DNA of 32,000 nucleotides from an uncultured Alphaproteobacteria bacterium (GTDB lineage Bacteria; Pseudomonadota; Alphaproteobacteria; Rs-D84; CACZYB01): NCBI GenBank assembly GCA_934246625.1, contig CAKQHZ010000003.1, positions 1 to 32,000 of the forward strand, read 5' to 3'. Shown piece by piece: positions 23,923 to 32,000 of this stretch (position 1 is its first letter; each line of letters starts with the position of its first letter). The notes under the pieces were generated by a model. It saw only the letters and a program-made list of their open reading frames with translations, ran no database searches and was not told where the DNA came from. The position numbers and the translations under genes were made by a program.

Positions 23923-25482
23923 TTGAAATATTTCAAAAATTATATATTATCAAGTTTATGCTGGGCTATGTTTGGTTGTTCTACTGTCCCAAATTCTATT
24001 AAGGAAGTAAGCCAAGACAAGTATCAGGTTAAATATGCACCTATACCAGAATATAGCTTGGATACTCCTGTTGCAAAAGTGTATAAAACAGAGCTTTTAA
24101 AAAATCCAGAATTAAGTGGTGCATCACTTATCAATAATGGAATAGAGGCTTTTCTTGCACGTGCAGCCTTTGCAAAATTGGCAACAAAAACTATTGAAGT
24201 GCAAACATATATCTATAATAATGACCCATCTGCAAGAATACTTCTTCAGGAATTACAGGAGGCTGCCGACCGAGGGGTAAAAGTTAAAATTTTGGTTGAT
24301 GATAATGGTATGGATTCCGATTTGTCCGATATTATGCTTTTAGATGTGCATAAAAATATAGAGGTTAAGGTCTTCAATACCTTTAAATATCGTGAACATA
24401 TTATAAGATATCCACAATTCTTGTTCGATTTTAACCGCCTTAATTCTCGTATGCATAATAAAATGTTTGTGGTTGATGGTTCTGCTGTGATTATAGGAGG
24501 TCGCAATCTTGCCAAAAACTATTTTGATTCTGATAAAAATACAAATTTTGCTGATACAGATGTTGTTTTTATTGGAAAAATAGCACGTGAAGCTCAGGAA
24601 AGTTTTTATAAATATTGGAATTATCATTTGGCAATTCCATCTTATATGTTTCCAGAGCGAAAAACTCCTGAAAAACTTGCATCACTAAGAGCGGAATTTT
24701 TAAAACTTCAAAAGGAAAAGACAAAGGAATCCGAAATTTATCAAAAAATAATGGATTATATAATTACATCTTATAACTCAAAAAAGATAAAATTTATTTG
24801 GGGAAAGGGTGCAATTATTGCTGATGGACCAGAAAAAATTGATATGCCAAAGAATGAAAAATTAAAGTCTGTAAGTCCAATTTTAAAGGCATTAAGTGTT
24901 CTTTGGAAAGATATAAAAAAGAATATCTTTATTTCATCTGCATATTTTGTTCCGGGAAAATTAGGAACAAATATTTTGGTTGATGAGGCAAAAAATGGTA
25001 TAGATATAAGTATTTTAACAAATTCTTTATCATCTACTGATGCAACGGCTGTTTATTCCGCATGGGAAAGGTATCGAAAGGATTTGGTCCTTGCTGGTGT
25101 GAATGTATATGAATTTATGAATAAGGGAATGAAGTTAAAGGGCAAAAAAATTTCATCATTTGCTTCACTCCACTCAAAGACTATGGTTTTTGATGAAAAA
25201 ATTTCGTGGATAGGAAGTTTTAACCTTGACCCACGTTCTGCATTATTAAATAGTGAAATTGTCGCTGTTTTTGAAAGCAAGGAGTTTGCAAAGCAACTTA
25301 TCCAAATGATAAACAAAGATATATCAAATTCTTGGAAACTTGAACTTGATGATGGAAGTCTTATTTGGGTTGGCAAAGATGAAAATGGCAATGAAATTAT
25401 AAAGCATAAGGCACCAAATACAACACTTGGAAAACGTCTTATGACGAAGTTTTTAAAAATAATTCCAGAAAGTCTTATATAA
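23923..25482 (+). CDS. phospholipase D-family lipoprotein (two HKD motifs)
   Basis: 519 aa with a TTG start. It has a lipobox-like AMFGC. The HKD motifs are HNKMFVVDGSAVIIGGRN and HSKTMVFDEKISWIGSFN. Confidence 0.8.
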   Translation: MKYFKNYILSSLCWAMFGCSTVPNSIKEVSQDKYQVKYAPIPEYSLDTPVAKVYKTELLKNPELSGASLINNGIEAFLARAAFAKLATKTIEVQTYIYNNDPSARILLQELQEAADRGVKVKILVDDNGMDSDLSDIMLLDVHKNIEVKVFNTFKYREHIIRYPQFLFDFNRLNSRMHNKMFVVDGSAVIIGGRNLAKNYFDSDKNTNFADTDVVFIGKIAREAQESFYKYWNYHLAIPSYMFPERKTPEKLASLRAEFLKLQKEKTKESEIYQKIMDYIITSYNSKKIKFIWGKGAIIADGPEKIDMPKNEKLKSVSPILKALSVLWKDIKKNIFISSAYFVPGKLGTNILVDEAKNGIDISILTNSLSSTDATAVYSAWERYRKDLVLAGVNVYEFMNKGMKLKGKKISSFASLHSKTMVFDEKISWIGSFNLDPRSALLNSEIVAVFESKEFAKQLIQMINKDISNSWKLELDDGSLIWVGKDENGNEIIKHKAPNTTLGKRLMTKFLKIIPESLI

Positions 25483-25491
25483 GGAGTTTTT

Positions 25492-26868
25492 ATGCTAAAA
25501 ATAAAAGAAAGTATTTTTTATATTTTAATAACCTTAATTATAGGATTTTTTTCTTATCTTATTTTTAAGAATTTTGTTTTATTATTAACAGATGAAATCA
25601 GGTTTATTGTTCCAACAATTTATATTAAAGGTATATGGATTTCAGATAGAATAGGGGATAGTTTAGGAAGATTTTTACCTTTTCAATTTCTTGATTATAC
25701 AATATTGAAATTATTTAATTTAAAATATTATTACATAACTTTCCCTGTATTTTTAATTTTCAAAATTTGCTTATTAACATTTCTACTTATAAAAATCTTC
25801 TTTGATATTAATAAATTTGAAAAAATAAGTAAAATCAATTTATTAAATATATTATTCTTTTTTACACTATTTTTTTCTTTTGCTGGAATTACAAGATTAT
25901 TATTAGAATATAAATATTCAGAAATAACTCAATGCCTTTTTATTTTATTGTTTGCATTTTTCTACCAAAGGGCGTATTTTACTAATAAAGCTCATTATTA
26001 TATTTTATCATTTTTATCTGCATTTTATTCTACATATATGAAAGAATGTATGTTTATTCCATATATAGTAATAGCAATAACAAATCTTTTATTTCTTAAA
26101 AATCAAAATAAAAAATGGAAATATTTTAATTTATCATTAATATTAAACGGAACAATATTTTTGATACTTTATTATTTTTTAGTATATAGGCATACAATAA
26201 CATTTTATAATTCCCTTTACCAACAATATAAAATTTTAAGTATAGAATTGTTTTTTAATAATGTTTTAACAATTTTCTTCTTTTTTATCTCATCAATAAA
26301 AGGTTTTTCAATACTAAAAAAAAGAAAAAGCGAATTGTTTGATTCATTTCTATTCGCTGGCCTATTTTATTCTTTATCTTATGTAATTTTAGGTTTAAAT
26401 AATTTCTATTATCATTTTGTATCTTATACCTTTTTTATTATTTGGATTTATAATTATTTATTAAAAGAAAATAATAGATATATAAAAATAGGTTGGTATT
26501 TAATTTGTATATTTATGATGTTTATTCAAATAATTAAAAATTATAAAGAATATATTTTTATTCGTAGTAAAATACAAATTGCTAAGGAATTTTATAATAA
26601 TATTAAAAATAAAAGAACAGTTTTATATGCTTTTGGTAATCCATATTTTTTAACAGATTTTATTTCTAAAATACATAATCATGATTTCTATGAATATGTA
26701 GATTTTAATAATTGCTATTTCCTTGATAATAAAAAGAAGATAGATTTAAATAACTATGATATGCTTATAATGGATAAATATTGTAGTTTTACCCCCCCCC
26801 TAGACAAAACTGTAAAAATGGATATATATGTAATGTGGGGAAGTTTAGATGTATATAAAATACAATAG
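25492..26868 (+). CDS. polytopic membrane protein, possibly a GT-C-fold (ArnT/PMT-like) glycosyltransferase
   Basis: 458 aa with more than 10 hydrophobic segments. TDEIRF in the first loop resembles the DExRY motif of ArnT-type enzymes. This is a weak, motif-only call. Confidence 0.4.
   Translation: MLKIKESIFYILITLIIGFFSYLIFKNFVLLLTDEIRFIVPTIYIKGIWISDRIGDSLGRFLPFQFLDYTILKLFNLKYYYITFPVFLIFKICLLTFLLIKIFFDINKFEKISKINLLNILFFFTLFFSFAGITRLLLEYKYSEITQCLFILLFAFFYQRAYFTNKAHYYILSFLSAFYSTYMKECMFIPYIVIAITNLLFLKNQNKKWKYFNLSLILNGTIFLILYYFLVYRHTITFYNSLYQQYKILSIELFFNNVLTIFFFFISSIKGFSILKKRKSELFDSFLFAGLFYSLSYVILGLNNFYYHFVSYTFFIIWIYNYLLKENNRYIKIGWYLICIFMMFIQIIKNYKEYIFIRSKIQIAKEFYNNIKNKRTVLYAFGNPYFLTDFISKIHNHDFYEYVDFNNCYFLDNKKKIDLNNYDMLIMDKYCSFTPPLDKTVKMDIYVMWGSLDVYKIQ
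26792..26800 (+). repeat. C9 homopolymer inside the membrane-protein CDS
   Basis: The sequence 'tttt a ccccccccc tagac' is read as T-P-P-L. A run of nine C is conspicuous in this AT-rich sequence. Confidence 0.9.
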
Positions 26869-26917
26869 CGGTATTATAATACCACATCAAAAAATACAAG
26901 AAAAAGTCTTTATTTTC

Positions 26918-26945
26918 TTGACTTTCAAAATTTTTAATGTAATAT
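26918..26945 (+). promoter_or_regulatory. candidate sigma70-type promoter of rplM-rpsI
   Basis: TTGACT (26918-26923), 16-nt spacer, TAATAT (26940-26945). Confidence 0.5.
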
Positions 26946-26979
26946 ATGACTGTTTAATAAACAATAAAAAGGTAAAAAA

Positions 26980-27453
26980 ATGGTTCAAAAAACATATTCT
27001 GCAAAACCATCTGATGTAAATGCAAAATGGTATGTTATTGACGCAACTGATTTAGTTCTTGGTCGTCTTGCATCTATTTGTGCAACATATATTCGTGGTA
27101 AAAACAAAACAATATATACACCAAACATTGATTGTGGTGATCATATTATCGTTATAAATGCTGAAAAGGTTGCTGTTACAGGTAATAAACTTGCAAACAA
27201 AAAATTCTTTTGGCACACAAATTTCCCAGGTGGAATAAAAGAAAGACTTTGGGGCGCAATCCTTGGTGGTTCACATCCAGAAAGACTTATTATAAAGTCA
27301 GTTGAAAGAATGCTTTCAAGAAATCCACTTGGTCGTCAACAAATGAGAAAACTTCACGTTTATGTAGGTTCAGAACACCCACATACTGCACAAAAACCAG
27401 AAGTTTTAGATGTAAAATCAATGAATTCTAAAAATACAAAGAAAGGTGCTTAA
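26980..27453 (+). CDS. rplM: 50S ribosomal protein L13
   Basis: 157 aa. [17 protein letters not shown]... is the canonical L13 N-terminus. Confidence 0.95.
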   Translation: MVQKTYSAKPSDVNAKWYVIDATDLVLGRLASICATYIRGKNKTIYTPNIDCGDHIIVINAEKVAVTGNKLANKKFFWHTNFPGGIKERLWGAILGGSHPERLIIKSVERMLSRNPLGRQQMRKLHVYVGSEHPHTAQKPEVLDVKSMNSKNTKKGA

Positions 27454-27455
27454 AA

Positions 27456-28082
27456 ATGGTTGAAAAAAAAGAAAAAGTAGAAACAGCAACAGAAACAAAA
27501 GAAGTTGCAAAAAAGGCACCTGCTAAAAAAACAACAAAAAAAGCAGAAGTAAAGGTTGAAACTGTAAAAAAAGCAACAACAAAAAAATCTGCTTCAAAAC
27601 CTGCTACAATTGGTGATGTTGCTCCAAAGGCAAACATTGTTAAACCAGTAGCAAAAAAGGAAGTTGAAAAGAAAGAAAAAACTGTTCGTGATGCACTTGG
27701 TCGTGTATATTCAACAGGTAAAAGAAAAAGTTCTATCGCTCGTGTTTGGATTATGCCAGGTAAGGGTAAAATCATTGTAAATGGAAAGGATTACGAAGAA
27801 TATTTCCGTCGTCCAATTCTTCAAATGGTTATTTGCCAACCTTTTGGTATTACAAAAAGAGAAGGTGCTTACGATGTAAAAGCTACACTCGTTGGTGGTG
27901 GACTTTCTGGTCAAGCAGGTGCTTTGAAACATGGTATCAGTAAAGCATTAGCTTTAGCAGAACCAGAATTAAGAGCTACTATCAAACAAGCAGGCTTCTT
28001 AACTCGTGATTCAAGAGTTGTTGAAAGAAAGCACTACGGTCATAAAAAAGCTCGTCGTTCTTTCCAATTCTCTAAACGATAG
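27456..28082 (+). CDS. rpsI: 30S ribosomal protein S9 with a ~80-aa Lys/Ala/Thr-rich N-terminal extension
   Basis: 208 aa. The canonical S9 core starts near [26 protein letters not shown] and ends ...[10 protein letters not shown]. The ATG lies 2 nt after the rplM stop, and I saw no in-frame start codon near the core. Confidence 0.9.
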   Translation: MVEKKEKVETATETKEVAKKAPAKKTTKKAEVKVETVKKATTKKSASKPATIGDVAPKANIVKPVAKKEVEKKEKTVRDALGRVYSTGKRKSSIARVWIMPGKGKIIVNGKDYEEYFRRPILQMVICQPFGITKREGAYDVKATLVGGGLSGQAGALKHGISKALALAEPELRATIKQAGFLTRDSRVVERKHYGHKKARRSFQFSKR

Positions 28083-28112
28083 TATTTTGTTAATATTTGA
28101 AAGGATAAAAAA

Positions 28113-28382
28113 ATGGCTAACCATAAATCTTCAAAAAAAAGAATTATAAGAAACGAAAAGAAAAGACTTGAAAACAAAAGCCGTATGTCAAAAATCCGCA
28201 CTTTTGTGAAAAAACTTTCTCTTGCAGTTATTGGCAATAAGGATAAAGCAGAAGTTCAAACTGCATTATCACAAGCAAACAGCCAACTTGCAAAGGGCGT
28301 AAAAAAAGGTATAGTTTCAAAGAAAAAAATGGCAAGAACTATGTCAAAATATGCTAAAAAGGCAAATGCCCAAGCAAAATAA
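28113..28382 (+). CDS. rpsT: 30S ribosomal protein S20
   Basis: 89 aa. MANHKSSKKRIIRNEKKRLENKSRMSKIRTFVKK is the canonical S20 sequence. Confidence 0.9.
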   Translation: MANHKSSKKRIIRNEKKRLENKSRMSKIRTFVKKLSLAVIGNKDKAEVQTALSQANSQLAKGVKKGIVSKKKMARTMSKYAKKANAQAK

Positions 28383-28406
28383 TTGAATTTCTTTAATTCA
28401 AAAATT

Positions 28407-28436
28407 AACTCCCTCAAATTTGAGGGAGTTTTTTTA
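28407..28436 (+). terminator. rho-independent terminator of rpsT
   Basis: Perfect 10-bp stem aactccctca/tgagggagtt, loop aatt, then a T-run. Confidence 0.8.
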
Positions 28437-28532
28437 CTAACTTTATCTCTTAATTTTCTAAGCAATAAAAAAGCCCCTTCATAAAAGGAGCTTTCTTTTA
28501 GGAGCAAATTATTTTAAAAATTTTCAAATAAA

Positions 28533-28556
28533 TAAAAACCCCAGAAAATCTGGGGC
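28533..28556 (-). terminator. rho-independent terminator of glyA
   Basis: Stem ccccaga/tctgggg (28539-28545 / 28549-28555) with an A5 run on the plus strand, which is a T-run on the minus strand, downstream of the glyA stop. Confidence 0.65.
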
Positions 28557-28586
28557 TTACAAAGAATAAAAATTTGATTTATTATA

Positions 28587-29849
28587 TTAATAAATAGGGT
28601 GTTTTGCACAAAGTTTTATAACTTTTTGTCGCACATTTTTAATTGTTTCAGATTCGTAATCTTTGTTTTTTACAAAATCATCTACAACTTCGGTTATCAA
28701 ATTTGCGACCTCAATAACATCATCTTCTTTGAAACCTCTTGTTGTAATGGCTGGCACACCCAAACGAACACCAGAAGAAATTGATGGTGGAGTAGGGTCA
28801 TTTGGAATACCATTTTTATTGCATGTTATTCCAGCATTTTCCAATGCAAGGTCGCATTCTTTTCCTGTGATACCTTTGCTTCGTAAATCAACAAGAATAA
28901 GATGCGTATCTGTTCCCCCACTTACCAAATCAAAACCATTTTTCATCAATGTTTCGCCAAGGATTTTTGCATTTTTAAGTATTTGATTTGCATAATCTTT
29001 CCATTCTGGGCGAAGAACTTCACCAAATGCAACGGCCTTTCCCGCAATTATGTGTTCAAGTGGACCGCCCTGGATTCCAGGGAATACAGCCTTATCAATT
29101 TTTTTCGCAATTTCTTCATTATTTGTTAAAATCATACCACCACGAGGTCCGCGTAAAGTTTTATGTGTAGTAGTTGTTGTAATATCTGCAATTCCCACAG
29201 GTGAAGGAATAACTTTACCAGCAACAAGTCCCGCAAAGTGAGCCATATCCACCATAAGGTAGGCACCAACTTTGTCTGCAATTTCGCGGAATTTATTAAA
29301 GTCAACAAGTCTTGGATAAGCAGAACCACCCGCAACAATAAGTTTTGGTTTGTTTTCAAGGGCAAGTTTTTCTACCTGTTCATAATCAATGTATCCATTT
29401 TCATTTACACCATATTGCACAGATTTAAACCATTTGCCACTGATAGTTGGTTTTGCACCATGGGTTAAATGTCCGCCTGCATCAAGGCTCATTCCCATAA
29501 TTGTATCCCCAGCATTAAGAAGGGCAAAAAACACAGCTGTATTTGCTTGGGCACCGCTATGAGGTTGCACATTTACAAACTTGCATTCAAAAATTTCCTT
29601 TGCACGTTCTATTGCCAAAGTTTCAATCTCATCAATAAATTTACAACCTTGATAATAACGTTTTCCACTATATCCTTCTGCATATTTGTTTGTAAGAATT
29701 GAACCCATTGCTTCCAACACGGCCTTTGAAACAATATTTTCAGAGGCAATAAGTTCTATTTGATTTTGTTGTCTGTTTAATTCTGATTGAATAATATCAT
29801 AAACTTTTTTATCAGAATCTTTAAGGTTATCTTTGAAAAAACTTACCAT
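28587..29849 (-). CDS. glyA: serine hydroxymethyltransferase
   Basis: Motifs: [10 protein letters not shown], the [17 protein letters not shown]-lysine motif and HLTHGA. I prefer the second Met (MVSFF, 29849) because GAAAGAGAGG lies upstream; the track start is 29867. Confidence 0.9.
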   Translation of the reverse strand: MVSFFKDNLKDSDKKVYDIIQSELNRQQNQIELIASENIVSKAVLEAMGSILTNKYAEGYSGKRYYQGCKFIDEIETLAIERAKEIFECKFVNVQPHSGAQANTAVFFALLNAGDTIMGMSLDAGGHLTHGAKPTISGKWFKSVQYGVNENGYIDYEQVEKLALENKPKLIVAGGSAYPRLVDFNKFREIADKVGAYLMVDMAHFAGLVAGKVIPSPVGIADITTTTTHKTLRGPRGGMILTNNEEIAKKIDKAVFPGIQGGPLEHIIAGKAVAFGEVLRPEWKDYANQILKNAKILGETLMKNGFDLVSGGTDTHLILVDLRSKGITGKECDLALENAGITCNKNGIPNDPTPPSISSGVRLGVPAITTRGFKEDDVIEVANLITEVVDDFVKNKDYESETIKNVRQKVIKLCAKHPIY

Positions 29850-29914
29850 TTTTGCCTCTCTTTCCATTGATTTTTAAAATTAAGGATATTATAAAAGAAA
29901 CAAGAATTTTTTCA

Positions 29915-29940
29915 ACAAAAAATCCTCTATAAAGAGGATT
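29915..29940 (-). terminator. candidate terminator downstream of the 70-aa ORF
   Basis: Perfect 8-bp stem aatcctct/agaggatt, loop ataa, with an A-run on the plus strand that is a T-run on the minus strand. Confidence 0.45.
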
Positions 29941-29967
29941 TAAGTTTTTGCGAATATTGTATGCAAA

Positions 29968-30180
29968 TTATCTTGATTTAACACCAAAGCTCATACGTAA
30001 TCCGTGGAAATTTGCAAAAAATAGATTGCCATTTCTTTTTATTTCAATTTCGGGATTTTTGAATACAGAATATTCTCTTTCTTGAATTTTAGGAGCGATT
30101 TTTTCATTTACGCATTTAACAGCTTCTGCAAAATCAAAATTTGCATTTTTTTCATAATTTGTTTTTATATCAATTTTCAT
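29968..30180 (-). CDS. hypothetical small protein (70 aa)
   Basis: ORF with AAAGAAAGGTG upstream and a terminator downstream. I recognise no family. Confidence 0.4.
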   Translation of the reverse strand: MKIDIKTNYEKNANFDFAEAVKCVNEKIAPKIQEREYSVFKNPEIEIKRNGNLFFANFHGLRMSFGVKSR

Positions 30181-30322
30181 AATAACACCTTTCTTTTTAA
30201 CAATAATAAAGATATTTTACCCATATATTTTTATTTGTCAATAGTCTCAAAGAAAAATAATTGACAAACTTTACGAATATGTTAATTTAAAATACAAAGA
30301 ATAATTAAATAAGGGGTGCAAA

Positions 30323-30538
30323 ATGAAAAAAAGCCACAATATCATCTCATCAAAAGATATTTCAGAAATGCTTAATGCAATTAAATCTCAAAACAAAGAT
30401 AAAAAAATCGAAAATATCCATTTGCATTTTAAAAACATTAATGGAAAGTGCAGTCTTTCTGCTGATGGTGAATTTGATGGAGTTTTTAAAGAATATGAGT
30501 TTTTTAATAATGTGTTAAAGGAAGTTAAACAACGATAA
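30323..30538 (+). CDS. hypothetical small protein (71 aa)
   Basis: ORF with AAGGGGTG 5 nt upstream of the ATG, followed by a strong terminator. I recognise no family. Confidence 0.45.
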   Translation: MKKSHNIISSKDISEMLNAIKSQNKDKKIENIHLHFKNINGKCSLSADGEFDGVFKEYEFFNNVLKEVKQR

Positions 30539-30566
30539 AAAATCCCCTATAAAGGGGACTTTTTTT
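30536..30566. terminator. bidirectional rho-independent terminator (71-aa ORF / rpiB)
   Basis: Stem tcccct/agggga (30543-30548 / 30553-30558) flanked by an A-run and a T7 run. Confidence 0.65.
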
Positions 30567-30996
30567 ATGACATTTTTTCAATTCTTCGTTTATGACGTTC
30601 CTCATTTGAAAAGGGGGTTGTCAAAAAAGCTGTTAAAAAATCAAGATTTTCCTTATTTGTAAAACTTCTTGCACCAAGGACAGCAACATTTGCATCATTA
30701 TGTTCCCTTGAAAGTCTTGCTACTTCTGGACTATAAAGCAAAGATGCACGAATATGCTTATATCTGTTAATTGCAATACTCATTCCAACACCAGTCCCAC
30801 AAATAAGAACACCAATATAATTTGGATTTTGTTCTATATATTTTGCCATTTTTTCTGCAATGTCAGGATAATCACAAGAATCTTTTGATTCTGTTCCAAC
30901 ATCTTTTACATTATATCCTTCATCAGTCAAATAAGATTTTAAAAATTCCTTTAAATCAAAGCCAGCGTGATCAGAACCAATAACAATATTTTTCAT
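30565..30996 (-). CDS. rpiB: ribose-5-phosphate isomerase B
   Basis: 143 aa. Motifs: IVIGSDHAGFDLKE and LICGTGVGMSIAINR. Confidence 0.85.
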   Translation of the reverse strand: MKNIVIGSDHAGFDLKEFLKSYLTDEGYNVKDVGTESKDSCDYPDIAEKMAKYIEQNPNYIGVLICGTGVGMSIAINRYKHIRASLLYSPEVARLSREHNDANVAVLGARSFTNKENLDFLTAFLTTPFSNEERHKRRIEKMS

Positions 30997-31006
30997 TATG
31001 CCTCCT

Positions 31007-31345
31007 TTAATCGCGTTTTTGTTTTAAATCTCCATTTATAAAGGCTCCATTTTCTATTGAAATATCCTTATGATAAATGTTGCCATTTATTCTTGCACTT
31101 GAGCCAAGATAAACTGATGTCGCATTTATATTTCCTTCAATATTTCCATGAACGACAATTTTTTCTACTTGGATAGAAGAGCTTTTAATTTTACCATTTA
31201 TTCCAACAATAAGAGTTTTACAAATAACATCACCTTCGATTGTTCCATCGACATAGATTTCAGATTCAGATTGAACCAACCCCTTTACATACATAGAGCT
31301 ACTTATCAAACTTGATGGTGTAATTTTTTTTGAAAATCCAAACAT
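31007..31345 (-). CDS. bactofilin-family polymer-forming cytoskeletal protein
   Basis: 112 aa of repetitive beta-helical pattern: GTIEGDVICKTLIVGINGKIKSSSIQVEKIVVHGNIEGNINATSVYLGSSARINGNIYHKDISIENGAFINGDL. Confidence 0.8.
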   Translation of the reverse strand: MFGFSKKITPSSLISSSMYVKGLVQSESEIYVDGTIEGDVICKTLIVGINGKIKSSSIQVEKIVVHGNIEGNINATSVYLGSSARINGNIYHKDISIENGAFINGDLKQKRD

Positions 31346-31356
31346 TTTATACCCCT

Positions 31357-32000
31357 TTATTTATTTTCGACTTTTACAAAAGCATAAGGATTTAATGCTC
31401 TTTTATTATGTCTTAATTCATAGTGAAGATGGGTGCCAGTGCTTCGTCCAGTAGAACCCGCAAGCCCAACTTTTGTTCCTTCTTCTATAATATCACCTTT
31501 TTTCACACTAACTTTACTTAAATGTCCGTAAAGAGTTGTAAAGCCCAAGCCATGGTCAACTTCCACTGCAAGACCATAATCACCACGAGGTCCAGCCTGA
31601 ATAACCTTACCAGATGCAGTTGCGTAAAGAGGAGTTCCCATTTTACCACCAAAATCAATACCAGTGTGCATAGCAGGAGTTTTCAAGAATGGGTCTGCTC
31701 TTACTCCAAATGGAGATGTAATTCTTATTCTTGTTTTCACAGGAGCACCAAGAGGAAGCATCTTTGTTGCCTTTGCCAAACCTTCCCAAAGATTTACCTT
31801 TATATTTGCATTTTTAAATTTTTGATTTAATTCTTCATCTGAAAGTTCAATGTTTTTAAGTGGAATATATTTGCCACCCAAACCTTCTTCTGATTCTTGT
31901 TGAACTTTTTTAATCAAAGTATTTCGATTTTTAAGCCTTACTTGTGAAAGAATAATATCAATTTTACTTAAAGTTTTTTCAAATTCATCAATTTTATCTT
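31357..32000 (-). CDS. M23-family metallopeptidase, 5'-truncated by the window edge
   Basis: It has the HTGIDF (HxxxD) and HLHYELR (HxH) motifs. My hand translation upstream of the TTG at 31917 (..DKIDEFEKTLSKIDIILSQVRLKNRNT..) shows the frame stays open to position 32000, so the true start is outside the window. Confidence 0.8.
   Translation of the reverse strand, partial: DKIDEFEKTLSKIDIILSQVRLKNRNTLIKKVQQESEEGLGGKYIPLKNIELSDEELNQKFKNANIKVNLWEGLAKATKMLPLGAPVKTRIRITSPFGVRADPFLKTPAMHTGIDFGGKMGTPLYATASGKVIQAGPRGDYGLAVEVDHGLGFTTLYGHLSKVSVKKGDIIEEGTKVGLAGSTGRSTGTHLHYELRHNKRALNPYAFVKVENK

Noticed and set aside
28599-29702. Seven plus-strand ORFs (60-107 aa) plus one other-frame minus-strand ORF (29132-29365), all overlapping glyA
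   Set aside because: glyA on the minus strand is unambiguous (PLP-lysine motif, full length). The overlapping ORFs have no RBS or recognisable sequence.
29968-30538. Divergent pair of ~70-aa ORFs, considered as a toxin-antitoxin module
   Set aside because: They are divergently, not co-directionally, transcribed and separated by 142 nt. Neither shows a recognisable toxin or antitoxin (HTH/RHH/AbrB) motif. They are kept as hypothetical CDSs only.

Overview
This is a visibly AT-rich bacterial chromosomal window with no rRNA, tRNA, CRISPR, transposase or integrase. Several markers point to an alphaproteobacterium: a GcrA cell-cycle regulator, a circularly permuted (two-piece) tmRNA gene with tag ANDNRSFAMAA, and a bactofilin gene next to an M23 peptidase gene. 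Most of the window is housekeeping: gltX, ssrA, rpmH-rnpA, gcrA, dusB, rodZ, hisS, prfA, rplM-rpsI-rpsT, glyA and rpiB. The standout is an accessory cluster on the minus strand (9288-15371). An A24 prepilin-peptidase-like gene is followed by four tandem paralogous genes. Each encodes an N-terminal hydrophobic signal-like segment, a polybasic tract, a conserved multi-cysteine scaffold, a Gly/Ala 'glycine-zipper' hydrophobic segment and a C-terminal G-x-C-[YF] amphipathic strand. A fifth, larger paralog lies 5 kb away on the plus strand (2561-4405). I do not recognise this family, and I propose it as the candidate undescribed system: a secreted or envelope, possibly membrane-inserting, protein family. 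This proposal is inferred from motifs I aligned by eye and needs profile and structure searches. Other oddities are a 949-aa coiled-coil/TM/Pro-rich/hyper-acidic protein beside gcrA, a structured intergenic element with competing helices upstream of a GT8 gene, a Lys/Ala-rich N-terminal extension on ribosomal protein S9, and a C9 homopolymer inside a GT-C-like membrane protein gene. Most short ORFs in the six-frame track are antisense shadows of real genes and are rejected.
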